This document shows positions 33,784 to 50,602 of a stretch of DNA of 64,000 nt, in pieces. A program made the position numbers and the translations under genes. The notes beneath the pieces are model-generated. The model saw nothing but the letters and a program-made list of their open reading frames with translations, searched no databases and was not told the origin of the DNA. The stretch lies in assembly GCF_053078305.1 (NCBI RefSeq), contig NZ_CP166879.1; one strand, written 5' to 3'. Position 1 is the first letter of the stretch. The number at the start of each line of letters is the position of its first letter.

Positions 33784-34269
33784 TTACTCCAGAGTAATGA
33801 GATACAGTAAGGTAAGTGACTGGAATGGTGAAGGTACAAAGGCATACTTCAGATAGAAATTGCGTACTGAATCGTCTAAGGCATGAACAATAAGCGCACG
33901 AACCCCTACCTGTTGAGCTATGGACATTGTGCGATAGACTGCATCTTTCAACAATGCGACGCCCAACCCTTTACCTGCCCAGGCTTGATCAATTGCCAGT
34001 CTGCCTAATACGACAACAGGCAACGATTCGGGAGCATTACGTCGCATGGCTCCAGGGGCCAAATTACGTTGAATACTGCCTGTAGAAAGGCAGTAATAGC
34101 CGATTACCTGGCGGGTATTGGCAATACAGATAACGTAAACACGAGACAGACCGGAGCTGTGATTTTTTAATGCTTTCTTTTTTAGCCATTCATTCATCCC
34201 GTGATCGGAACAGCAAAAGTCAGCCAGATTATGTTCAGACGTTAGGGGAGTAGGAGCCGTTATTCCCAT
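33784..34269 (-). CDS. GNAT-family acetyltransferase toxin (TacT/AtaT/ItaT/KacT-like; predicted aminoacyl-tRNA acetylating toxin)
   Basis: 161 aa; acetyl-CoA binding motif QAWAGKGLGVALL; start codon lies inside the last codons of the upstream DUF1778 ORF. I do not recall this pair in K-12. Confidence 0.75.
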   Translation of the reverse strand: MGITAPTPLTSEHNLADFCCSDHGMNEWLKKKALKNHSSGLSRVYVICIANTRQVIGYYCLSTGSIQRNLAPGAMRRNAPESLPVVVLGRLAIDQAWAGKGLGVALLKDAVYRTMSIAQQVGVRALIVHALDDSVRNFYLKYAFVPSPFQSLTLLYLITLE

Positions 34270-34544
34270 GGCGATTTACGATTCATCAACGCGTTAATTT
34301 TGGCCTGACGCTCAGCAGTGATGGGGGCGTCCAGGGCAGCCAGAAACGCATCGTATTGCTCGTCATCAAGGATGAATAGTCGTTGATCTAATAAGATGTC
34401 TTGCGCTTCACGGCATGCGGCATCCAGCATAAAATCAGTGCGCGATTTTGCGACCAGATTCGCTGCCATATCAATCAGGTCACGCTGTGAGGCTTTCGCT
34501 CTGATATTGATTGGCGCTTCTTTGCTTTCCGGTTTCATATTCAT
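34260..34544 (-). CDS. DUF1778-type (ribbon-helix-helix) antitoxin partnered with the GNAT toxin
   Basis: 94 aa; INIRAKASQRDLIDMAANLVAKSRTDFMLDAA is the typical DUF1778 N-terminus; upstream of and overlapping the toxin ORF by 10 nt. Confidence 0.75.
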   Translation of the reverse strand: MNMKPESKEAPINIRAKASQRDLIDMAANLVAKSRTDFMLDAACREAQDILLDQRLFILDDEQYDAFLAALDAPITAERQAKINALMNRKSPWE

Positions 34545-34604
34545 GAGCCTGTAGTGCGATTTTATATACAGTATAAAGAGTGTACATAAAAACGCTATAC
34601 AAAC

Positions 34605-37316
<2,712 letters not shown>

Positions 37317-37799
37317 TCACTTCACTGTGGAAAATGAGGAAATATTATTTTTTTTGCGCTTCGTAATTAATGGTTATAAGGTCGGCCAGAAACCTTTCTA
37401 ATGCAAGCGATGACGTTTTTTTATGTGTCTGAATTTGCACTGTGTCACAATTCCAAATCTTTATTAACAACTCACCTAAAACGACGCTGATCCAGCGTGA
37501 ATACTGGTTTCCCTTATGTTCATCAGATTCATTTAAGCAAGGGTTTCTTCTTCATTCCTGATGAAAGTGCTATCTAAAAAGATGATCTTAATAAATCTAT
37601 TAAGAATGAGATGGAGCACACTGGATATTTTACTTGTGAAACTGTTTCACTCCTTTACTTAATTTATAGAGTTACCTTCCGCTTTTTGAAAATACGCAAC
37701 GGCCATTTTTTGCACTTAGATACAGATTTTCTGCGCTGTATGGCATTGATTTGCTGCTAATCCTGTGGTTTGCACTAGCTTTAAGTGGTTGAGATCACA

Positions 37800-37860
37800 T
37801 TTCCTTGCTCATCCCCGCAACTCCTCCCTGCCTAATCCCCCGCAGGATGAGGAAGGTCAA
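37800..37860. promoter_or_regulatory. malPQ promoter region with MalT-box-like GGATGA motifs
   Basis: caggatgagg plus reverse-oriented ctcatcc seen 60-120 bp upstream of malP; assignment rests on the known MalT-box consensus. Exact site boundaries not resolved. Confidence 0.4.
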
Positions 37861-37897
37861 CATCGAGCCTGGCAAACTAGCGATAACGTTGTGTTGA

Positions 37898-40315
<2,418 letters not shown>

Positions 40316-40324
40316 GGAAGCTCG

Positions 40325-42409
40325 ATGGAAAGCAAACGTCTGGATAATGCCGCGCTGGCGGCGGGGATTAGCCCCAATTACATCAATGCCCACGGTAAAC
40401 CGCAGTCGATTAGCGCCGAAACCAAACGGCGTTTGCTTGACGCGATGCATCAACGTACCGCCACGAAAGTGGCGGTAACGCCAGTCCCGAATGTCATGGT
40501 TTATACCAGCGGCAAAAAAATGCCGATGGTGGTGGAGGGCAGCGGCGAATATAGCTGGCTGCTGACCACCGAAGAAGGAACGCAGTACAAAGGCCATATA
40601 ACGGGGGGCAAAGCGTTCAATCTACCGACGAAGCTGCCGGAAGGTTATCACACGCTGACGCTTACCCAGGAAGACCAGCGCGCGCATTGCAGGGTGATTG
40701 TCGCCCCGAAACGCTGTTACGAACCGCAGGCGTTGCTGAATAAACAAAAGCTGTGGGGTGCCTGCGTCCAGCTTTATACGCTGCGATCGGAAAAAAACTG
40801 GGGTATTGGGGATTTTGGCGATCTCAAAGCGATGCTGGTGGATGTGGCAAAACGTGGCGGGTCGTTCATCGGCCTGAACCCGATTCATGCGCTCTATCCG
40901 GCAAATCCGGAGAGCGCCAGCCCATACAGCCCGTCTTCTCGCCGCTGGCTGAATGTGATTTATATCGACGTTAACGCCGTCGAAGATTTCCATCTTAGCG
41001 AAGAGGCTCAGGCCTGGTGGCAGTTGCCGACCACGCAACAGACGCTGCAACAGGCGCGGGATGCCGACTGGGTCGATTACTCCACGGTTACCGCCCTAAA
41101 AATGACAGCATTACGAATGGCGTGGAAAGGTTTCGCGCAACGTGATGATGAGCAGATGGCCGCGTTTCGCCAGTTTGTTGCAGATCAAGGCGACAGCCTG
41201 TTCTGGCAGGCAGCCTTTGATGCGCTACATGCCCAGCAAGTGAAAGAGGACGAAATGCGCTGGGGCTGGCCTGCATGGCCAGAGATGTATCAGAACGTGG
41301 ATTCACCAGAAGTGCGTCAGTTCTGCGAAGAACATCGCGATGACGTTGATTTTTATCTCTGGTTGCAGTGGCAGGCTTACAGCCAGTTTGCCGCCTGCTG
41401 GGAGATAAGCCAGGGCTATGAAATGCCGATTGGCTTGTATCGTGATCTGGCGGTTGGCGTAGCGGAAGGTGGGGCGGAAACCTGGTGCGACCGTGAACTG
41501 TATTGCCTGAAAGCGTCGGTTGGCGCGCCGCCGGATATCCTCGGCCCGTTGGGGCAGAACTGGGGATTGCCGCCAATGGACCCGCATATCATCACCGCGC
41601 GTGCTTATGAACCGTTTATCGAGCTGTTGCGTGCCAATATGCAAAACTGCGGCGCATTACGAATTGACCATGTGATGTCGATGCTGCGTTTGTGGTGGAT
41701 ACCGTATGGCGAGACGGCGGATCAGGGGGCATACGTACACTATCCGGTGGATGATCTGCTCTCAATTCTGGCACTCGAAAGTAAGCGTCATCGCTGCATG
41801 GTGATTGGTGAAGATCTCGGTACCGTACCGGTAGAGATTGTCGGCAAGCTGCGCAGCAGCGGTGTTTACTCCTACAAAGTGCTCTATTTCGAAAACGACC
41901 ACGAGAAGACGTTCCGTTCACCGAAAGCGTACCCGGAGCAGTCGATGGCGGTTGCGGCGACACACGACCTGCCAACGCTGCGTGGTTACTGGGAGAGCGG
42001 GGATCTAACTCTGGGCAAAACCCTGGGGCTGTATCCGGATGAAGTGGTACTGCGCGGTCTGTATCAGGATCGCGAACTGGCGAAGCAAGGGCTGCTGGAT
42101 GCACTGCATAAATATGGTTGTCTGCCAAAACGTGCCGGGCATAAGGCATCGTTGATGTCGATGACGCCGACGCTGAACCGTGGTTTGCAGCGCTACATTG
42201 CCGACAGTAACAGTGCTCTGTTAGGACTACAGCCGGAAGACTGGCTGGATATGGCCGAACCGGTGAATATTCCTGGCACCAGTTACCAGTATAAAAACTG
42301 GCGACGCAAGCTTTCCGCAACGCTTGAGACGATGTTTGCCGATGATGGCGTGAACAAGTTGCTGAAGGATTTGGACAGACGGCGCAGAGCTGCAGCGAAG
42401 AAGAAGTAG
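40325..42409 (+). CDS. malQ: 4-alpha-glucanotransferase (amylomaltase)
   Basis: 694-aa ORF immediately downstream of malP. Confidence 0.95.
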   Translation: MESKRLDNAALAAGISPNYINAHGKPQSISAETKRRLLDAMHQRTATKVAVTPVPNVMVYTSGKKMPMVVEGSGEYSWLLTTEEGTQYKGHITGGKAFNLPTKLPEGYHTLTLTQEDQRAHCRVIVAPKRCYEPQALLNKQKLWGACVQLYTLRSEKNWGIGDFGDLKAMLVDVAKRGGSFIGLNPIHALYPANPESASPYSPSSRRWLNVIYIDVNAVEDFHLSEEAQAWWQLPTTQQTLQQARDADWVDYSTVTALKMTALRMAWKGFAQRDDEQMAAFRQFVADQGDSLFWQAAFDALHAQQVKEDEMRWGWPAWPEMYQNVDSPEVRQFCEEHRDDVDFYLWLQWQAYSQFAACWEISQGYEMPIGLYRDLAVGVAEGGAETWCDRELYCLKASVGAPPDILGPLGQNWGLPPMDPHIITARAYEPFIELLRANMQNCGALRIDHVMSMLRLWWIPYGETADQGAYVHYPVDDLLSILALESKRHRCMVIGEDLGTVPVEIVGKLRSSGVYSYKVLYFENDHEKTFRSPKAYPEQSMAVAATHDLPTLRGYWESGDLTLGKTLGLYPDEVVLRGLYQDRELAKQGLLDALHKYGCLPKRAGHKASLMSMTPTLNRGLQRYIADSNSALLGLQPEDWLDMAEPVNIPGTSYQYKNWRRKLSATLETMFADDGVNKLLKDLDRRRRAAAKKK

Positions 42410-42421
42410 AGTGCGGTTGAT

Positions 42422-42442
42422 GCCGGATGCGATGCATCCGGC
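42422..42442. terminator. Palindrome gccggatgcgatgcatccggc between convergent malQ and gntT (bidirectional terminator / REP-like)
   Basis: Perfect 9-bp arms, seen in the sequence. Confidence 0.55.
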
Positions 42443-42453
42443 AGTCAGTGTTA

Positions 42454-43770
42454 TCAAATCACCATATTCAGCAGCAGACAGCCTACCAGACCGCACACCG
42501 AGATAATGGTTTCCAGCATCGACCAAGATTTGATGGTCTCGCCGATAGTCAGGTTAAAGTACTCTTTGAACAGCCAGAAGCCCGGATCGTTCACATGAGA
42601 GAAAATCACACTACCGGAACCAACCGCAATAACCATCAGCTCCGGGCTAACACCCGTCGTTGCAATCAGCGGTGCCGCGATACCACCCGCAGTGATTGCC
42701 GCAACGGTTGCGGAACCCAGCGCGATACGCAGTACGGCAGCAATCGACCAGGCCATCAGCAGCGGAGAAATGTTGGTTTCGTGCATCATGGAAGCAATGT
42801 ATTTGTCCACGCCGCTGTCTACCAGCACCTGCTTGAACGCACCGCCACCACCGATGATCAACAGCATCATCGCAATGATTTTGATGGAAGAAACCAGCGT
42901 GTCGTTAATCTGATCCATTGAACGACCACGGTTCAGACCAAAGGTGAACATCGCAATCAGCACGGCAATCAGCGTAGCCATTACCGGGTCACCGAGGAAC
43001 TCCGCTACCGGCAGGAAAGCGTGACCTTTCGGCAGGATCATTTCGGCAATCGCACGCATCGCCATCAGTACTACCGGCACCAGAGAGGTCCAGACGCTGA
43101 CGCCAAAGCTCGGCATCTCTTCTTCGCTGAAGGTTTTCGCGCTGTAGAGACCTTCCGGAATTGGCTTATCGATACCTTTCAACACGCGAGCGTAAACCGG
43201 ACCGGCGAGAATCACGGTCGGGATTGCCAGAATAGTACCGTACAGCAGGGTTTTACCCATATCGGCATTGAAAATGGTGGCAATCGCAGTCGGACCCGGA
43301 TGCGGTGGCAGGAAGCCGTGGGTCACAGACAGTGCAGCCGCCATTGGTACACCAACATACAGCAGTGGAATATTCGCGGAAGCCGCGATGGTAAACACCA
43401 GCGGCAGCATCAGCACAAAGCCCACTTCATAGAACAGGGCAAAACCAACGGTAAAACCGGTCAGTACCACCGCCCACTGGATGTGTTTTTTACCAAATTT
43501 GGCAATCAGCGTGGTGGCGATACGTTGTGCGCCACCGCAGTCTGCCAGCATTTTGCCCAGCATTGCGCCAAAACCCATGATCAGGGCAAGGCTACCGAGC
43601 GTCCCGCCGACACCGGCTTTGATGGAGCCAATAACTTTATCCAGCGGCATTCCTTGCATTAATCCAACAGCAAGCGCCACGAGGACGAGAGCGATGAAGC
43701 CGTTCATTTTGAAGCGGATCATCAGGAGCAACAACAAGATTACACCGATAGCAACAATGACTAATGGCAT
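42454..43770 (-). CDS. gntT: High-affinity gluconate:H+ symporter
   Basis: 438-aa GntP-family permease, paralogous to gntU. Confidence 0.93.
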   Translation of the reverse strand: MPLVIVAIGVILLLLLMIRFKMNGFIALVLVALAVGLMQGMPLDKVIGSIKAGVGGTLGSLALIMGFGAMLGKMLADCGGAQRIATTLIAKFGKKHIQWAVVLTGFTVGFALFYEVGFVLMLPLVFTIAASANIPLLYVGVPMAAALSVTHGFLPPHPGPTAIATIFNADMGKTLLYGTILAIPTVILAGPVYARVLKGIDKPIPEGLYSAKTFSEEEMPSFGVSVWTSLVPVVLMAMRAIAEMILPKGHAFLPVAEFLGDPVMATLIAVLIAMFTFGLNRGRSMDQINDTLVSSIKIIAMMLLIIGGGGAFKQVLVDSGVDKYIASMMHETNISPLLMAWSIAAVLRIALGSATVAAITAGGIAAPLIATTGVSPELMVIAVGSGSVIFSHVNDPGFWLFKEYFNLTIGETIKSWSMLETIISVCGLVGCLLLNMVI

Positions 43771-43924
43771 GATTTACCTGGCCTTTCATTTGTTATGGGT
43801 AACGTCAATTTTCTGACGACAAACTCTAATTATCCCAATCGGGAACAGAGATATTGCGGCACCACGACTGATACCCACTAAAACTAATTATTGTAGTCAG
43901 ATGTCAGGAGTATGTTTGGTACCC

Positions 43925-43946
43925 ATGTGAATGATACGGGTAACAT
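43925..43946. promoter_or_regulatory. GntR operator in the gntT promoter (minus-strand atgttacccgtatcattcacat)
   Basis: Same ATGTTACCCGTA motif as in the gntK promoter. Confidence 0.65.
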
Positions 43947-44069
43947 CTGGCGTTTGAGAATCACCAGAGCGGGGTAAATTTAAATTATGAGAGGTTGGTC
44001 ATATTATCGCGGGGAAACGAAGGGAGGGATTTGCCAAAGCAATGCTGCGCCAACGTCTGGCACATGTTC

Positions 44070-44130
<61 letters not shown>

Positions 44131-44706
44131 TTAGTAGTAGGAGTGTTCGCCGCGCTGGTGTTCGGTGAGATCGCGCACACCTTTCAGCTCCGGGAATTCG
44201 TTTAGTAGCTGCTTCTCGATCCCTTCTTTCAGCGTCACATCGACCATGGAACAACCGTTACAGCCGCCGCCAAATTGCAGAATGGCGTAACCGTCTTCGG
44301 TGATTTCCATCAGTGAAACGCGGCCACCGTGACCAGCAAGCTGTGGGTTGATCTGCGACTGCAGCATATACTCCACGCGCTCCATCAGTGGTGCATCGTC
44401 TGCCACTTTACGCATTTTGGCGTTAGGCGCTTTCAGTGTTAGCTGAGAACCCAACTGGTCGGTAACAAAATCGATCTCTGCATCTTCCAGGTATGGTGCG
44501 CTTAACTCATCAACATACGCGGTCAGCAGGTCAAATTTCAGGGCGGTGTCGGTGGCTTCCACGGCATCCGGCGGACAATAAGAAACACCACATTCAGCGT
44601 TAGGCGTGCCAGGGTTAATCACAAATACGCGGATTTGTGTCCCTTCTTCCTGATTTGCCAGCAGTTTGGCAAAGTGCGCTTGTGCAGCATCGGAAATACG
44701 GATCAT
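44131..44706 (-). CDS. nfuA: Fe-S cluster carrier protein NfuA
   Basis: 191 aa; C-terminal Nfu domain with CNGC motif. Confidence 0.93.
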
Positions 44707-44764
44707 AGTAATGGCCTAATAGTTGACTATTTTAGTTGGTTATAATACGCCCATCATCGAGGCT

Positions 44765-46256
<1,492 letters not shown>

Positions 46257-46282
46257 GCACTTTTGAATGGCGAGACAGAACT

Positions 46283-47161
46283 TTACTGACTCGCCGCAGC
46301 CAACTCTTCTTCTGACAGCCCGGTAAAGCGCATGATGTCTGCAAGAGGGACTCCGGATTCAAGCATTATTTTGGCTATATGCAAGGCTTTGGATTGTTCC
46401 CCCTCCTGCCGCAATCTTTCCGCAATAGTCATTAAACTCTCCTTGTGTTTCGGTGAACGTTCGGCAACGCCGTCGATAAAATCGTTAAAACGTACCGCAT
46501 CGCCGGTTTGCAAGATGTAATTAAACAGCCCTTTGATTTGTCTGTCATTAGCGTATCCACTACTTAATAAGCAGGCCATTTGTTCTACCAGCCCCATCAG
46601 ATCGCGTTGACGAATATGTTTTTGAATTAACTCCAGCAGCGCCATACGTCGGTGCTGCATGATTTCATCATCAGGCATGACGGTGACATCAATCAGCGGA
46701 AATGCGGAGGCATAAAGTTGCCTTGCCAGTTTGGGATCGGCGAAACAATCCAGCCAACACAGCGAATAGGGATAGGGGCTTTCAATACCGTGGTAAAACA
46801 ACAATGGCACCACCATCGGCAACGTTTTGTATCCGGCATCAAGGTGATTTTGCATTGCGGCAATAGCGTAACGCATCATGCGAAATGCGATCAGTTTGTT
46901 TGAGGTGCTTTGATGTTCAATCAGACAATAGATGTATCCTGGTCCTTGTTCTGTTTTCACCGACCACAGCACATCGGAATAGCTTTCACGCAGATCGTCA
47001 TCAATAAAGCTGCTCGACTCCAGCTTGAGGGTTTTCATATCACAGAGCGCGTGAATGGGTGCCGGTAAATGGAACGCAAGAAAATCGCGTGCCGTGTCTG
47101 GTTGGCGTAAAAAGAGTTTGAACAGCGCGTCGTGTGGGGTGGAACTCTGCTTTTTGCTCAT
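46283..47161 (-). CDS. yhgA: Rpn-family recombination-promoting nuclease (PD-(D/E)XK, transposase_31-like)
   Basis: 292-aa ORF; identification rests mainly on synteny and length. Confidence 0.85.
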   Translation of the reverse strand: MSKKQSSTPHDALFKLFLRQPDTARDFLAFHLPAPIHALCDMKTLKLESSSFIDDDLRESYSDVLWSVKTEQGPGYIYCLIEHQSTSNKLIAFRMMRYAIAAMQNHLDAGYKTLPMVVPLLFYHGIESPYPYSLCWLDCFADPKLARQLYASAFPLIDVTVMPDDEIMQHRRMALLELIQKHIRQRDLMGLVEQMACLLSSGYANDRQIKGLFNYILQTGDAVRFNDFIDGVAERSPKHKESLMTIAERLRQEGEQSKALHIAKIMLESGVPLADIMRFTGLSEEELAAASQ

Positions 47162-47304
47162 GGCGTTCCTTCACCTGTTGTTTGAATGCCGCGACTCTAC
47201 GCGCCACTCTACACCTGTGCATTAGCCAGTTTTCATCCCTGCGAGACGCTTTCAGAGGAACTTACGCTGTGCTGCAAGAGTTGCATTGTTATGGAAAGCG
47301 GCAC

Positions 47305-47342
47305 GCAAAAAAGCCCGGATGCAAACGCATACCGGGCTTTTC
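47305..47342 (-). terminator. Rho-independent terminator after feoC
   Basis: Hairpin agcccgg...ccgggct flanked by an A-tract on the plus strand (U-tract on the minus strand). Confidence 0.6.
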
Positions 47343-47363
47343 AAAACAGGCGATGGAGTATGG

Positions 47364-47600
47364 TTAACGCAGCGCCCACCACTCGCGCAGACAGGCTTTT
47401 CCTTCCGGGCAGCTTTTACAACTGCCGGAGAGGCAGCCGTCAGGTTCTTCCTGAATCCGCACGGCTTTGCCCATACTTTCCAGTTGTTGCAGCATGGCGT
47501 TAATCATTGGCTGTGGAGTGTTCAATGTCTGGCTTATCTGGGCCGCTTCCATACGGCCCCGTAACGCCAGCAAATCACGCACCTGAATAAGTGAAGCCAT
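47364..47600 (-). CDS. feoC: FeoC, winged-helix Fe-S protein of the ferrous iron transport system
   Basis: Start placed at [21 protein letters not shown] (78 aa); C-terminal Cys cluster. Confidence 0.88.
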   Translation of the reverse strand: MASLIQVRDLLALRGRMEAAQISQTLNTPQPMINAMLQQLESMGKAVRIQEEPDGCLSGSCKSCPEGKACLREWWALR

Positions 47601-49921
47601 TAATGGCAATCACCGGTGGTGCTGGCTGCGCAGCAACTACTTACCGACTTGCGGGTTGCCAGCAGTTCGATATCCACCCGGCTACGCGCGCGGCGCAGCA
47701 GACCGATAACCACGATGTTAAACAGGATAACCGCCAGAATGCACACCAGGCTGTAAGTTGGGTGCTGACTGTAGCTGGCGACCTGATAGAACAATGTTGC
47801 CAGTGAGTAAGCGATATTCAGCCCCCACAGGATGGAGAAGCCCATCCAGCCACGGCTTGATTCACGGGCGATGGCTCCCATCACCGAGATGCACGGTACA
47901 TACAGCAGGACGAAAATCAGGTAGCTGTATGCGGCAGCTGCGCTACCGAATTTCTGATCCATCACGCCCATCGCCCCGGTACCCATTTCGCCGTCGCCTT
48001 TGCTAGCTTCAATGGGGTTCATCAGTACGCTAAGGCTGAAGGTGTCTTTCAGGCTCTGCCAGGTTTCATCTACCGCGCTGAACAACTCTTCACCGAGGTT
48101 AAATTCCGCCGGATTGAACTCTTCGTCCTGAATATTTTCTGCGGTGTAGAGGGTGTTGAGCGTACCCACCACCACTTCTTTCGCCATTGCACCCGTAAAC
48201 AGGCCAACTGTTGCCTGCCAGTTATCTTCATGCACGCCAATCGGCTTGAAGACCGGGGTGATCACCCGGCTGACGGAAGCCAGCGCCGAGTCGTTGATGT
48301 TATCGACGATTTTCCCGCTCAACGAGAAGCTGTTGAAAGCGCTCAGGAAAATGCTGACGATGATAATCACTTTACCAGCACGCAGAACGAAGCCTTTCAG
48401 ACGCTGCCAGGTCTGGATAATCAGGCTTTTAACGTGTGGTACATGGTAGACCGGCAGCTCCATGACAAACGGCGTCGCTTCACCGCGCATGATGGTGTAC
48501 TTGAGCATCAGGCCAGTCAGCACCGCCATCACGATACCGAGCATATACAGCGAGAAGACCGCTAGCGCACCGTTCTGCCCGAAGAAGGCAGCCGCGAATA
48601 CTGCGAAGATAGCCAGACGCGCGCCGCAGGACATAAACGGTGCCATCATGATGGTCATCAGACGTTCACGCGGTGCATCAAGTGTACGTGCACCCATTAC
48701 CGACGGTACGTTACAACCGAAACCGACGATCAGCGGCACAAAGGATTTCCCCGGCAAGCCCAGCGCCTGCATCAGGCGGTCCATCACAAACGCCGCACGC
48801 GCCATATAGCCGGAGTCCTCAAGGAAGGAGAGGAACAGGTACATCATGCCGATCTGCGGCACCAGTGGCAGCACGGTGTTAATACCGCCACCCAAGCCCT
48901 GGGCGAGGAAGATAGTCAGCCAGTCCGGGAAGTGGAGCGTGTAGCCAATCCATTGAATACCATGCACAAATAGCGCCACGGAGCCGACGTCAAACAGCGG
49001 CTGTAACGCCCCGCCGATGTTGATAGCCAGCAGGAACATCAGGTACATCACAAAGAGGAAAATCGGCAGACCGAGGAAACGGTTGAGCACGATTTTATCT
49101 ACCGCAGTGGTGAAACGGCTGGGTTCTGCCGTCAGGGTGTTGCTTACCACATCACAGATGGCAGCAATGCACTGGTAACGCGCATCGGCAATGTGCAGCG
49201 CCGGATCGTCCATCTCATTACGCAGACGGGCGAGGGCGGCATCCAGATGCTGCGACGCTTCACCGGCGTAGGCGCGGCTGTAGATATCGCCTTCCAGCAT
49301 TTGCAGGCCCAGCCAGCGACGTTGTTTCAGCGGGATGTCGGAAGGCATCACTTTTGCCAGTGAATCTGCTTCGTTGAGCAGCGGCTGAGCGTAATGCACC
49401 AGTTCCACATTTTCGTTAGCTTTATAGCGATCAATCGCCAGCTTGAGCGCTTCAATACCGCGACCACGGGTTGAAACCAGCGGGATCACCGGGCAGCCCA
49501 GACGCGCCGACAGGGCATCAATTTCAATACGAATATTTTGCTTCTCGGCAATGTCGAGCATGTTCAGTGCCACGATGCAGGGAATGCCGAGTTCCAGCAG
49601 TTGTAGCGTCAGGTACAGGTTACGCTCAAGGTTAGACGCATCCACCACGTTAATCAGCAGGTCGGCGTCGCCACTCAAAATGTAGTGACAGGCGATTTGC
49701 TCATCGAGCGAGGTCTGCGATGAGATGGTGGTCAGAGAATAGGTGCCGGGCAGGTCCACCAGCGTGACCTGATGATCGGTGGTGGAGAATTGCCCTTCTT
49801 TACGTTCGACGGTAACGCCAGCCCAGTTACCTACACGCTGACGTGCGCCAGTGAGCTGGTTAAATAAGGTTGTCTTGCCAGAATTTGGATTACCAATTAA
49901 GCCTATGGTTAATTTTTTCAT
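47600..49921 (-). CDS. feoB: Ferrous iron transporter FeoB (N-terminal GTPase plus permease)
   Basis: Start placed at [21 protein letters not shown] (773 aa). Confidence 0.95.
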   Translation of the reverse strand: MKKLTIGLIGNPNSGKTTLFNQLTGARQRVGNWAGVTVERKEGQFSTTDHQVTLVDLPGTYSLTTISSQTSLDEQIACHYILSGDADLLINVVDASNLERNLYLTLQLLELGIPCIVALNMLDIAEKQNIRIEIDALSARLGCPVIPLVSTRGRGIEALKLAIDRYKANENVELVHYAQPLLNEADSLAKVMPSDIPLKQRRWLGLQMLEGDIYSRAYAGEASQHLDAALARLRNEMDDPALHIADARYQCIAAICDVVSNTLTAEPSRFTTAVDKIVLNRFLGLPIFLFVMYLMFLLAINIGGALQPLFDVGSVALFVHGIQWIGYTLHFPDWLTIFLAQGLGGGINTVLPLVPQIGMMYLFLSFLEDSGYMARAAFVMDRLMQALGLPGKSFVPLIVGFGCNVPSVMGARTLDAPRERLMTIMMAPFMSCGARLAIFAVFAAAFFGQNGALAVFSLYMLGIVMAVLTGLMLKYTIMRGEATPFVMELPVYHVPHVKSLIIQTWQRLKGFVLRAGKVIIIVSIFLSAFNSFSLSGKIVDNINDSALASVSRVITPVFKPIGVHEDNWQATVGLFTGAMAKEVVVGTLNTLYTAENIQDEEFNPAEFNLGEELFSAVDETWQSLKDTFSLSVLMNPIEASKGDGEMGTGAMGVMDQKFGSAAAAYSYLIFVLLYVPCISVMGAIARESSRGWMGFSILWGLNIAYSLATLFYQVASYSQHPTYSLVCILAVILFNIVVIGLLRRARSRVDIELLATRKSVSSCCAASTTGDCH

Positions 49922-49937
49922 TGTTGTTATCACCGTA

Positions 49938-50165
49938 TTAACAGGAAACCGCTTCCACTTCTAATAAGGCCAGATCTTTTTTGCGTAATACCAGGCTCAC
50001 ACGACGGGTTTCGATATGAATGGGGTCGCCGAGTGGAGCGACGCGCACCACATTAAAAGAGGAGCCAGGTAACATGCCAAGAGAAAGCAGTTTTTGGCGA
50101 TATGCCGGGCTGATTTCACGGGAAAAGCCAGTGATTTTCCACGCAGTATCTGGAGTGTATTGCAT
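49938..50165 (-). CDS. feoA: FeoA (SH3-like)
   Basis: 75-aa ORF immediately upstream of feoB on the same strand. Confidence 0.9.
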   Translation of the reverse strand: MQYTPDTAWKITGFSREISPAYRQKLLSLGMLPGSSFNVVRVAPLGDPIHIETRRVSLVLRKKDLALLEVEAVSC

Positions 50166-50269
50166 AGGTGCCTACTTGTTTCTCATTAACTGGATAACTA
50201 CCTCATGGGGCGTTTGACAGCGACATGAGACCAGATGATTTGCCAACGAAGGAGAGATTAAATAATCAA

Positions 50270-50295
50270 CAGTACAATGATAATGAGAATGGTTT
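50270..50295. promoter_or_regulatory. Candidate Fur box upstream of feoA (aatgataatgagaatgg)
   Basis: Matches the Fur GATAAT hexamer pattern; ~110 bp upstream of the feoA ATG, so its role is uncertain. Confidence 0.4.
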
Positions 50296-50529
50296 CTATC
50301 AGCAATACTTAAAATGTGTGCGAATGTTGGTTTGAATAATAATCTGACTCAATGTTGATGTGGCTCAAGGTTATATCGCAGCGAAAATATAATTCGAATA
50401 GCGAATTACCAGGACTGGCTAATGTTTAATTAAGGTTTCAGTTGTTAATGAAGTGATAAATATTAACGAAATATATTGTGAGTTTGGCTGTGGAATAAAT
50501 ATGCCGGAGATATTCTCCGGCACTTTTAT

Positions 50530-50580
50530 GTCAGGCAAGGCGTTCGTTGCCAGATGCGGCGTGAACGCCTTATCGCGCAG
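50530..50580. repeat. REP element (tgccagatgcggcgtgaacgccttatc) between yhgF and the feo promoter
   Basis: Same REP core as at 25877. Confidence 0.75.
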
Positions 50581-50602
50581 GTTTAGGGGCCAGTCCGGGC
50601 GT

